Assembly (NCBI GenBank): GCA_012862495.1
Contig: BLSG01000296.1
Span: 39,660-102,225, forward strand
DNA: 62,566 nt
Source of the DNA: Thraustochytrium aureum
Lineage: Eukaryota
Direction: 5' to 3'
In this document: piece by piece, positions 50,701 through 60,254 of the stretch
Layout: every line of letters starts with the position of its first letter
How positions within the stretch are numbered: position 1 is the stretch's first letter
The notes under the pieces: generated by a model
What the model was told of the DNA's origin: nothing
The model's input: only the letters and a program-made list of their open reading frames with translations
Database searches by the model: none
Made by a program: the position numbers and the translations under genes

Positions 50701-53700
50701 CGCTGGCCCAGGGCGGAAGAGGGCGTCGCTGGGTTGCGTCGCGCACTATCCGACCGAGACTTGCGCGAGCGCCGTGTTGGCCGGGGCTCCAGCGGGGCAA
50801 CGCCGAGTCGGCGAGGCGCTGGGGGTGGCGGTGATTCTGGCAACATCGATTCGGGACGCGCCTTTGAGCTCCAAGTCGCATTGAAGGGTGTAGGTGTCTC
50901 CGTCGTAGAGTCCGTCCCTCGGCGCGAGCTCATTTACGTCTCCGTTCTTGATATCCGCGGCGAGTTCGGCAGGGCGGGCGACCAGACCAGGGTAGTCGTG
51001 AAGGTGGGCTGGATCCAAGCGGACAATCAACTCTACGGCGCGTACTACCCAGTTCTCTTGGCGCCACGGTCATGGAACTTGACTGCGATCAGCCATGAGG
51101 CATTCGGGGCGACGCGCCGGCTCGCTCGTGGGGAGCACTCGGACGGGTCTGGTGCGCCGGGCGCCGAGCGGACCGCAAGGCAGCCGCAAGTGGAGGCGGT
51201 CGGGGTTCGCGTGATCGGAGGGAACTTGGCGCTTCCAGATGGCGCAGCGGCGCGCCCGTTCGCGGAGTTTTGCATGCTGAGCTCCAGCAAGTTCCCGAGC
51301 CTCGACTTCGTCCGCTATGTGAGTGTGCTCGTACTCCCAATGAACCTCAAGCTCGAGCCGGAGCTGTTGGGGGCATGCTTGGGGTTTGTCTCGCGCACGC
51401 TGGCTCTCAGTGGAACCGCGGCCACAGGCGGTGGTATGGAGCACGGTCTCGGCAGAGACGGCTCGCGCCCCGGTGTTGGTGGCGTTGGCGCTTCTGCCGG
51501 CGGCGGCTACTTTTCGAGGACCGGCCAATCTTTAGGCCGTGACGGTTCGCGCGGTAAGGTTGTTCCGCGGCTGCGGACGCGAAGTGGGGCGCGGTACGCC
51601 TCGCGCGGTGTAGTCCTGTCAGGGGGCCGGGAGGCTTCCAATTACGCCGTGCTTGTTAGCGCCGAGGCCGCGCCCACGCGCACAGAGGGAGGGCCGGCAG
51701 AGACGGTGCGGCAACGTCCAGACTCGGTTCTGCCAGTTGGGAGTTCGTCGCAAGCGGAAGCCGCGAGCGAGGTTGCGCCAGTCGAGCTCGGCGGCCAGAG
51801 CGGCGAAGGAGCGCCGCGTGGGCGATTTCCCTCGACAAGGGGGAATGAAGCGACTTCCTATGCCCCATCCACGCTCGGCGCCCCGGCCACTGCGAACGTG
51901 GTGGTCGCGGAGGGTGAAGCTTTCCCGTCTTCTCAGCGCAAGCTATACATAGAGGAGCTGCACATTCACCCTGTGAAGGTGCACGTGAGCGTGAGCTTTC
52001 GAGGCAGCGCCAATCTTGGCGTCCCGCCCGCGATGGGCATTGGTGGCGCAAGCCTCGCCCAAGGGGGGGCAGCTATCGCCGGCAGCAGCGCAGAGGTCAG
52101 CCTCTTCGGACCGGGCTTTGCTGGGGTCGGGCTCGCGGGCGACGGAAGCGCCTCGATCAACCCCCTTCGCTTCGCGTTGAACGCGATGGGCGCCACGCTA
52201 GCGAATGTTGAGAATGCGCCGCTGCGCCTTAACGCCCTTGTCCTGCACAACTCGCTGTCGACTCGTGAGACGATCATGGGGCGCATTCTTGCACACTACC
52301 GATCGCAGGCGCTGCGACAAGCTTACTTAATTCTTGGATCTGTCGACCTGCTCGGCGATCCGCGCGGGCTGGTTCAAAACCTTGGCGCTGGCGTTCTCGA
52401 CTTTTTCTACGAGCCCGCGCTTGGGCTCGTGCGCAGCCCGAAGGATTTTGGCGCCGGAATCGCCAAGGGCACGCTGAGTCTCTTCCGGCGGGTGGTGCTC
52501 GGTGCAGCGACCTCTGCGACAGGTTTCGCGAACGGGGTTTCTGCACTATTTGACACGCTGTCGAACGACAGGTACACCGGATTCAAGCCCAAGTCGGTCA
52601 TAGAGGGCGCCGTGCAGGGCATCGCAGGACTGGTCGTCGCGCCAATGAACGGGCTGCTAGAAGAAGGCCCCTTTGGTTTTGTCCAGGGCGCGGTGTACGG
52701 CGTTCTGGGCCTCTTTGTCAAGCCGCTCGCCGGCGTGTTGAAGCTCGTGAAGCACGTCTCCGTGGCGATCCAGAGCACGATCGACCCAACCGTCAAGTTT
52801 CGACGGCACCGAATCCGCCCCCGCGCGCATTCCGCCGCCTGCAGACTCCTGGGGACGTCTATTCCTTTTCCGGCGCGATGCGCTTGCTCGAGCCGTTTCA
52901 CTACGACAAGGCGCTTGGGGAGGAGGTGCTCGCGATGGTGGACTATGGCGCGTATTTGGCTGAGGGCCACGTGGCCCACCGCGTCTTGGAGCTCCCACGG
53001 TTCCTGGACCAGAACTCGAGCACTGCGGTGCACGAAGCCGATCTTGCGCGGAACAACTCGTCTGGATCGCTCGTCGGATGGGGTTCGTGGCGGGGCCGCC
53101 GCAGCCCTGGCGCTTTGGCTGAGGCCAGGCCCGGTGTCGGCACAGCCACTGAGGCAAGCAGTGCCACAGAGCGACAGGCGGAGTATGCGCGGTTTGTTTA
53201 CACGTTCTACACTGTTCACGGGCGGCGTCCGCTTCCCAAGCTTCCNNNNNNNNNNNNNNNNNNNNNNNNNNNNNNNNNNNNNNNNNNNNNNNNNNNNNNN
53301 NNNNNNNNNNNNNNNNNNNNNNNNNNNNNNNNNNNNNNNNNNNNNNNNNNNNNNNNNNNNNNNNNNNNNNNNNNNNNNNNNNNNNNNNNNNNNNNNNNNN
53401 NNNNNNNNNNNNNNNNNNNNNNNNNNNNNNNNNNNNNNNNNNNNNNNNNNNNNNCTTGTGGAAGAAGATGTTTCTCGTCGCAACCCGAGACCACCTCCTC
53501 TATGTCGACGCCGCCGCGCTGGAAGGCCAAGGAGAGCGGTCCAAATGGGCGGTCCCGCTTGACGATGTTCGCGGTGTCGACGTCGTCGGCGTCGAGCTGG
53601 TCGCTGGGGTCGACTTTGACGTGGACGCTGGAGTTGAGCTGGCGGAGGAGGGGGCGCCGGACGAAGGAGGGGGTGGGCAGCCGCCTCCCAGCCTCAATAC

Positions 53701-53979
53701 TGGGTGGCTCGCATCGTCTGCGCGGACCAAAGCGTAGCGTCGGGCGCTGGTTTGGCGAATTGCGAAAGCGTAGGATCGCTGGCCAGTCTCGAGCGATCCA
53801 GTCCGCGGGCCAGTGGCGCAGTGCCGCGCGGCTTGAATGAAACCAAGCTGGTGTACGGGGCGCAGAACGCAATGATGCTGGCCGGCTCGTCTGGGCGATT
53901 GACGTATCTTGTGTTTGCGTGGACGGAAGCTGGGGCGCGAGCGTGCGCAGGACTTGTTGCGCGTCTAGCTGGCCTATAA
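35706..53979 (+). CDS. VPS13: VPS13-family bridge-like lipid transfer protein; start in gap 35202-35705; multiple gaps, indels and at least 2 introns
   Basis: Chorein-N KVVDNIEINVRNVHIRYED..FSVGITLESL, then RVWWHFA, DIDIQAPLVIIP and EYFNHRLGAWEPLVE. VAB repeats include IFVPYWIVN, TKIITLTPRFVLVN and PPYRIDN. C-terminal ELIYV..IQADNQL, YIEELHIHPVKV, NAPLRLNAL and ILGSVDLLGDP, then ATG_C/PH-like ends. The 3' end (53737 or 53979) is uncertain. Confidence 0.9.
49006..49079 (+). other. Spliceosomal intron (74 nt) in VPS13
   Basis: GTAAGT donor, GCTAAC branch site and GCAG acceptor. Splicing gives ILRVDVSLDK..ILITFRPE..PPYRIDNLS. Confidence 0.85.
49202..49611 (+). other. Spliceosomal intron in VPS13 spanning an N-gap
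   Basis: CAG|GTGAGT donor, GCTAAC at ~49580 and CTGCAG acceptor. The next exon reads RG..VLLPYHSCPYTWDD. Confidence 0.75.
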
Positions 53980-54426
53980 AGTCTGTGCTCGCCATCTCCT
54001 TTGTGAGCGGGCAGCTCCTTGGTGTGGAATGAAGGCTGCTGGGCGCAAGCGAGAACGGTGTCCGCTGCGGCAACGAGGTTTCCCCGCGCCCGCGATTGGG
54101 CTTGCTTGTGACGCCGCTTCCCTCGCGGACCGCGCGGCATGTGCTGCGGGCCAACGAATACGCTTGGCGACTCTGTTGCCTAGCAGTACTCTGCTACTTG
54201 CAGGCCCATCCGTGCGTGTGTAGATAGTTGCTCTGATGGGAAACACTTTTGGTTCTTGCGAGTAGGTCAGACGCGCACCCCGAGCTCTTCGAGTTGCCGA
54301 TGCTCGAGTTGCGCGCAAATTTTCAAGCTCAAGGACACGGTTTTCAGTCAATCTCTATCCCTGCGGCTGCGCCAGCGGCCGCAGCGCTTGAGCGGTCGGA
54401 GCAGCCGATTAAATGGATAAGGTGGA

Positions 54427-56673
54427 TCAGGTGTGGCTCTGCACAATCGCCTCCGACACATAGGACGGCACCGGGACCATCTGGTGAAACGAGTTGAGGT
54501 TGACTTGCGCGTGGCCATTCGGCGACACGCGCATTGACGGCGCGAAGAACTTGTCAAACTCGATGTCCTCCGACGTGTACGAGTGGCGCGCTTGGAAAGT
54601 GTTTGACGAGCGAGCTTCGATCCCCTCGACGAGGACAATGATCTCGATGCCAGACGACTCGACGTGATCTTCGATGGCTCGGCGGAAATCCTCGACCGGC
54701 TTAACCCGTGGGCGGAAAGCAGGCTTGGAAAATGGCGGCGCGCTGGAAGGTGGAGATTTGGGCCCGCCGGCCTCGGCGCCTTCAGCGCCCCCATTCTTGG
54801 CGGTGGCGGGAGACTTGGGCGAGGCAGGCGGCAGCTTGCCCTTCTCGATCTCCTCGAACATGGAGAAGACGTCTGTGGTGTTTCGGCGCTTGCGGTCTGG
54901 GTCGCGCTCCGGAATAACCTGAAACTCGGTAGGAAGGAGATTCATGTCGACGTCCTGGTGCCCGATTGGGAGCGACAGGTCGGCATAGTACCGCAACATG
55001 CGGTTGACCTTCGTCGGGTGGCCTGCCCGGATGCTCTTTAGGTCTGGCTGCGACGCCGCGGCGGCTGCGCCGGAGCGGTCCCTTTGGCTGCGCGTTCGCT
55101 TTGCTTGGGCGGCTGCGTCGTGGTCCCGCTCATTCACCTCTGAATTGGCGCGCTCGTGTGCGGCCGCCAGCGCTGCAGGCGTGGCGGTTTCGTTTTCAGA
55201 ATCTGCAGACATGCCCATGAGAGCGGCGTCGGCCATTTCGGAGCCTTTGGTGCCCAGTTTCTTGCGGCGCATCTCGTCGAGTCCAGTCTTCGACCGATCA
55301 GGGATATAGCGCTCGTCTGCGCCTTCGCCAGTCTCCTCGAACGATTCGTACTTGCCCGGCGGAAAGGTCTTGCTGAGAATGGGCTCGGCGCCATTCATCT
55401 TCTCCTCCCACTGCATGTAGCGAATGTGGCGGAGAAGGTGCTGGTCTGTAGGAAAGGTCTCGCCGCATATTGGGCACGAGGTGCCGTCTCGGTTCCCGCA
55501 CTCCGAGTCGGCCTCGCGCAGCACGAGTCCAGGGAACACGTACCTGTTGGAAGAGTTGTGCACAAAGTCGTCGTTGGCGTTCTCCCAGGTGACGCGGGAC
55601 TCTTTGGGGGGCATGAGGGGGCTCCACTGGTCGATGCAGTGGACTACCGTACACGGCACGCTCAGGAACAGCACGCCACCGAGCTCATCGTTCGGGTTCT
55701 GGAGCCGCATGTACCTGGTCTGAAAGTGGACCGTATTGGTCCCGTCTGTCTCGTGGAACGCGGCATAGCATCGCACGTGCGCCTCAACGACGGGGTGCTG
55801 GCGGTCCAAATCGTAAACCTGAAACATCAAGTAGAAGTGGCCGTGGATGCACCTGATGCAGGCCTTGTCGCTGAACACCACCTGGTGCGAGCGGCTGTCT
55901 GCACGCCCGAGGCGCTGCAAGACGAGACCGACGACGAGGGCGTTGATGAGAAGCGAGACAATGACCTGGAAATAGACCACGAGGACAAGCTCGGGACAGG
56001 AGTGGAAGAAGGGGTCGCCGCTCCCAGGGAACCCGTACCCAATCGTCGAAGAGGTGATGAGACTAAAGGCGAAGCCGGTCTGGTAGGAGATCCCAACGGT
56101 TTCCCCAGACGAGAGCCCGCAATTCTTGGTAGGGCGATCAACCAAAACGTAGAACCCGCCGAAAACGAGCACGTTGGTCGTGTAGATGCAGACCAGAACG
56201 AGGACCAACTTCCACGTGGGCCAGCTCAGCACGACATGGAACCAGTCATCGCCGTACAATGCAAGGATCTCGCCCTGCGCTTTGCGGCCTGCGTACTGGC
56301 TAATGTGTAGCTTGCCAGAGCACTGGTGGAAAGCGTTGTCACGTTCGAGCAGCCGACCGGCCTTGCCCAGCCGCGTGCCGCTGTTGCGGAAACTCCATCG
56401 CAGCGTCCGCATGCTCATGGCCAGTCGCGAATACCAGCGCGTGCACAGCGACACATCCTCGATATCCTCGTAAAATTCGCTATCACTCTGCCCGGAGGAC
56501 GACGAACTATCCCCGCTGCCCTCCGAGTACGGCGCCGAGTCAATAAAGTCCCTCACCGCATGTTGCTGTGCCTCCAGCGACGCGGACGTGTTCACCGTGT
56601 CACCGTTCCCGCCGGTGTCGTCTCCCAGCGCGCCGAGCCGCGCAGCATCGTCTGGGGCGCCGCGATCGTCCAT
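54427..56673 (-). CDS. Inward-rectifier potassium channel (Kir) with large cytoplasmic insertion
   Basis: Slide helix DWFHVVLSWPTW, M1, filter FSLITSSTIGYG, the extracellular Cys pair, M2, VVFSDKACI, VVEAHVRC, VVHCIDQWSPL, EIIVLVEG..TFQARHSY and F.P..VNLNSFH. The 748-aa ORF is intact. Confidence 0.93.
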   Translation of the reverse strand: MDDRGAPDDAARLGALGDDTGGNGDTVNTSASLEAQQHAVRDFIDSAPYSEGSGDSSSSSGQSDSEFYEDIEDVSLCTRWYSRLAMSMRTLRWSFRNSGTRLGKAGRLLERDNAFHQCSGKLHISQYAGRKAQGEILALYGDDWFHVVLSWPTWKLVLVLVCIYTTNVLVFGGFYVLVDRPTKNCGLSSGETVGISYQTGFAFSLITSSTIGYGFPGSGDPFFHSCPELVLVVYFQVIVSLLINALVVGLVLQRLGRADSRSHQVVFSDKACIRCIHGHFYLMFQVYDLDRQHPVVEAHVRCYAAFHETDGTNTVHFQTRYMRLQNPNDELGGVLFLSVPCTVVHCIDQWSPLMPPKESRVTWENANDDFVHNSSNRYVFPGLVLREADSECGNRDGTSCPICGETFPTDQHLLRHIRYMQWEEKMNGAEPILSKTFPPGKYESFEETGEGADERYIPDRSKTGLDEMRRKKLGTKGSEMADAALMGMSADSENETATPAALAAAHERANSEVNERDHDAAAQAKRTRSQRDRSGAAAAASQPDLKSIRAGHPTKVNRMLRYYADLSLPIGHQDVDMNLLPTEFQVIPERDPDRKRRNTTDVFSMFEEIEKGKLPPASPKSPATAKNGGAEGAEAGGPKSPPSSAPPFSKPAFRPRVKPVEDFRRAIEDHVESSGIEIIVLVEGIEARSSNTFQARHSYTSEDIEFDKFFAPSMRVSPNGHAQVNLNSFHQMVPVPSYVSEAIVQSHT

Positions 56674-56921
56674 TCCAAATCGCCACGCTAGCCACCAACG
56701 CCAAGCGAGCCAGGACGCTCTGCGCCCGCCTCAGCAGCGCCCGCACCCGAGGCCAAACGGGGTCTGCTCTGCTGCAGCGTCGTCTGCCACTCGCACCGCC
56801 CAACGAACACAACGAATACTCCGCCAGCCACCTACGTCACCTCATCACAGCCCCTGCATGGTGACGTCAGGCCTGCGATCGGTCGCGCCACACGCCCTCG
56901 CCACGTGACGTGAGGACCGCT

Positions 56922-57580
56922 GATTACGTCAGCAAGGGCGGCGCCGGTACATCATTACGACGCGTCCTTGATTACGTCATCATTACAAAGGCAATTTACG
57001 ATGACGTCACAGATAGTGATTACGTCGGCATTACAAAGGCGGTTCACGCTGACGTCACATAAAAAGATTACGTCATCATTACAAAGACAACTCATAGTGA
57101 CGTCACAAGTAGTGATTACGTCACCGTAACAAAGGCACTTCACGGTGACGTCACATGAANNNNNNNNNNNNNNNNNNNNNNNNNNNNNNNNNNNNNNNNN
57201 NNNNNNNNNNNNNNNNNNNNNNNNNNNNNNNNNNNNNNNNNNNNNNNNNNNNNNNNNNNNNNNNNNNNNNNNNNNNNNNNNNNNNNNNNNNNNNNNNNNN
57301 NNNNNNNNNNNNNNNNNNNNNNNNNNNNNNNNNNNNNNNNNNNNNNNNNNNNNNNNNNNNNNNNNNNNNNNNNNNNNNNNNNNNNNNNNNNNNNNNNNNN
57401 NNNNNNNNNNNNNNNNNNNNNNNNNNNNNNNNNNNNNNTTATTACGTCATCATTACAAAGGCAACTCATGGTGACGTCACACGCGACGATTACGTCAGCT
57501 TCACAGCGTCTTACGACGGTGACGTCAGGAGCGCGGATGACGCAAGCATATGCGGGGTAGGTGCGGGCGGGTGACGTCAC
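56922..57580. repeat. Phased 48-bp tandem array with paired CRE-like ACGT motifs (partly collapsed in gap)
   Basis: GATTACGTC recurs at 56922, 56970, 57018, 57066, 57114 and, after the gap, at 57440 (TATTACGTC) and 57488. TGACGTCA sits at offset +32 in each core unit. Confidence 0.92.
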
Positions 57581-57866
57581 AATATTGAGTCGATCGGTGC
57601 TTGGCGCGTTGATGTGGAGACGCCTTTGGGGTGCGCGCGCGACGATCCGATCCCCCGGCGCGGCAAGACACCGTGGTGGCCTCACAGGCTCTTGACTGCG
57701 TAGAAGCTGCACTGCACTTCTTCGACTTGAGCTCGCCCCGAGTGCCAAGTGCAACGCGAAAGAACGACGCAGCGCGCTGCTGGAGCTGCCCGAGGGCACT
57801 GGTGGTACTGGCCTCCAGGGTTGGACGCCGCGCGGCACTCCTTGTGACAGTGCCAGGAGGTTTTTG

Positions 57867-57980
57867 GACGCGGCGCGGCGCTTCTTCTTCTGCCCGTGCG
57901 AGCCTGCCCGAGGGCCCTCGTGGTCCGAGTGGTATTAGACGCGGCGCGGCGCTTCTTCTTCTTCTGCCCGTGCGAGCCTG
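57867..57980. repeat. ~40-bp direct repeat pair (GACGCGGCGCGGCGCTTCTTCTTC[TTC]TGCCCGTGCGAGCCTG)
   Basis: Copies at 57867-57906 and 57938-57980; the second has one extra CTT. Confidence 0.85.
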
Positions 57981-57992
57981 GAACGCGCCGCG

Positions 57993-58724
57993 ATGCACGG
58001 GCTGGACAGGCTGCATGCGCTCGAAGGCGTGATGAGCGCGACTGCCCTCGCGCGTCAATCGCAAGTGGAGATTCTGCGCGGGCGGGTGGACGAGACCAGG
58101 TGCGCCGAGGTCGTGCAGGCTGGCTTGCTGCTCGCGAAGTCGTGCGGGTCGCTCTGTAGAGACGCGGCCGGGAGGAGGTGCGTCGAGGAGGTCGCCGCGT
58201 GGAAGACATGGTACTTGCAAACGGGGAGGCGCTTTGAAAGCGACGAGACCATCGGGGGGGCTGTGCGGGAGATGGTGGCCGCTGCGGTCGAGGTTGACAC
58301 GAAGCGAAAATGGGGGTTGCTGAGCGGCCGCGTTCTCGGCGAGGACCTCCACGTCCGCAACGTTGAGCTGCACGAGTATGGCCCGGGCGGCCAGCTGCCA
58401 CACCAAAACCACAACGACACCGGCTCGCTCGTCACTGTGGACGCCATGCTCACGCCGACCGAGGCGTTTCAGGGCGGTGCATTTTCCACCTTAGAAGCAG
58501 ACGATAGCGTCAAGGAGCACCGTTTCGAGCTGGGCGACTTGGCGGTATTCCAGTCCCACAAGTTCCATCACGTCAAGCCGGTGACGTCCGGCGTTCGCCG
58601 CGTTCTTGTCGTTGAGGTGTGGACAGGCCCACCGCGCGCCTGCCCGCACCGATGCACAAGAGGTGAGGGCGCGTGCCCGCTCGAGGCAGCTGCCCTCGCC
58701 GTTGAGGCGGGACAAGCGAACTAG
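57993..58724 (+). CDS. 2OG-Fe(II) oxygenase (prolyl-hydroxylase-like); 5' end uncertain
   Basis: LHEYGPGG, the HxD motif HNDTGSLVT, FQGGAF, and the distal His and Arg in HKFHHVKPVTSGVRRVLV. Confidence 0.85.
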   Translation: MHGLDRLHALEGVMSATALARQSQVEILRGRVDETRCAEVVQAGLLLAKSCGSLCRDAAGRRCVEEVAAWKTWYLQTGRRFESDETIGGAVREMVAAAVEVDTKRKWGLLSGRVLGEDLHVRNVELHEYGPGGQLPHQNHNDTGSLVTVDAMLTPTEAFQGGAFSTLEADDSVKEHRFELGDLAVFQSHKFHHVKPVTSGVRRVLVVEVWTGPPRACPHRCTRGEGACPLEAAALAVEAGQAN

Positions 58725-58877
58725 CTCGCGCCGGCAACTCGCAGCAAGTTGTGGCAGCAGGAGCTGACGGAAAATACTGGGCAGGCCAAACTGCACGACA
58801 AGAACCGCTCGAATTCGGGCCAAGCCCTTTTCTTTACCCCGCAATAGCAGTGTTTGGCCCGAGACGCGCTCCTCGCT

Positions 58878-59942
58878 TCACATCCGCGAAAAGTCAAGCG
58901 ACAGCGAGGCCTCGGGCGCGACCGGGAAGCACTTGTGTCGCGGGCTTCGCACCTCGTGCTCGAGCTGAAACTCGACCGGCTCTCCAGGCCCAAGCCGAAC
59001 GTCCTTGAGCCGAAATTGGCAAGACGCCTCGGCCTCTTCCAGAGTCCTGCTCGAGGCGAACTCGATCGGCCCCCCCTCGAACCGCGGGTTGACAAAGACC
59101 AGGCCGCGAGCGCTCGCCGCGCGAAACGCGGCTTGGAACCTTTGGTGATCGCTCAGGTATACGGCAATGTGCCATCGCTTGGGCTCGGCAGAGTCGTAGG
59201 CGGTCGGCCCGGGCGAGCGCGAGCTCTCGCGGAAGGTGAGCCGCTGGCCCGGGAAACTGTCAAAAAACCAGAGCAGACGCCGTCGCCCTCCCGCGTGACC
59301 TCGCACGCTAGAATCTCCTCGTAAAAACCGCGCAATAGGCGCCAACGAACCAGGAGGGCAGAGCAGGGACACGCCTAGGATGCCCAGCATTCGGTCTGAA
59401 CCGCCGGGATGCTGGCCTTGCGCGCGCAGGACGGCCTCCATGTCTCGCGTCACGCAGTAGATTCGAAACTCGTTGCCCCAAGGGCCTGTCACGCGCAAGT
59501 ACGTTCCGTATGGCACGCTCCTCTCGTCTTGTCGAACAATCTGCGATGGGCAGCGGCCGTCCGGGAACAGCTGGCTCAAGCGCGACTCGATTGCGTCCAG
59601 CGGCTCGCACGTCAGGAGCTCGATGTACCCATCAAGCACATGCGCGTCAGAGACGGGCTCCTTGCGCGCGACCGAGTGCTTGAACGGAAGGTGAAACTGG
59701 CTGGCGTCGTCGCCGCTCCGCCGCCCGCGTTAGTCTCCGCTCCCTGCGCCTCCAAGCGCCAACCAACCAACCAGCCTCGGCCAGCAACTCACGAGCACCC
59801 GCAGTTCACGTGCACCTGTCTCTCGTTCGACCCGACGGGGTTCAGCCTGCACCCCAGCGCGTCCACGTAGAACGTCCTGGCCACCGCGGCGTCGCTCACG
59901 GTCCAAGTTGACGTGCTCCAGCAGCCTGAGCGCCGCCATCAT
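58878..59942 (-). CDS. VOC/glyoxalase-superfamily protein; one intron and several indels
   Basis: The corrected N-terminus reads LEHVNLTVSDAAVARTFYVDALG..VHVNCGCSQFHLP. Later motifs are GPWGNEF, ARFYEEIL, WHIAVY and LEHEVRS..H. Confidence 0.8.
59701..59792 (-). other. Spliceosomal intron (92 nt) in VOC gene
   Basis: On the minus strand: GTGAGT donor, ACTAAC branch site and CCAG acceptor. Splicing joins VNCGCS to QFHLP. Confidence 0.85.
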
Positions 59943-60254
59943 CCCGGGTCGCCGCCGAGGCTCCGCACCCGAGGACCGTCGCCTGCGCTCGCGCTGCCTG
60001 TCTGCTGGGCGAGCCGCGCGCGAGCCGCTGCGTCCGCTGGGCGTCTGGCATCATCATCGCGCCATCGTCGTCCAGATCTCGAGCCGCCGTGCCACCATCG
60101 ACAAGCCCCGTCCCGATCCCGCCCCGCGCCGAGCGCGCCGCGAGCAGCTGGCGGCAGACGGGCCGGACCGATCGCAGTGCCGGCCGAGGGCACGGCGGTG
60201 CGCTGCTCCAGCTCTCGATCCATCGAACCGTCCATCGCTCCAGGCAGGTCGACG

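Noticed and set aside
56922..57580. CRISPR array interpretation of the periodic repeat
   Set aside because: The context is eukaryotic with no cas genes. The variable segments are short and homologous to each other, not unique spacers.
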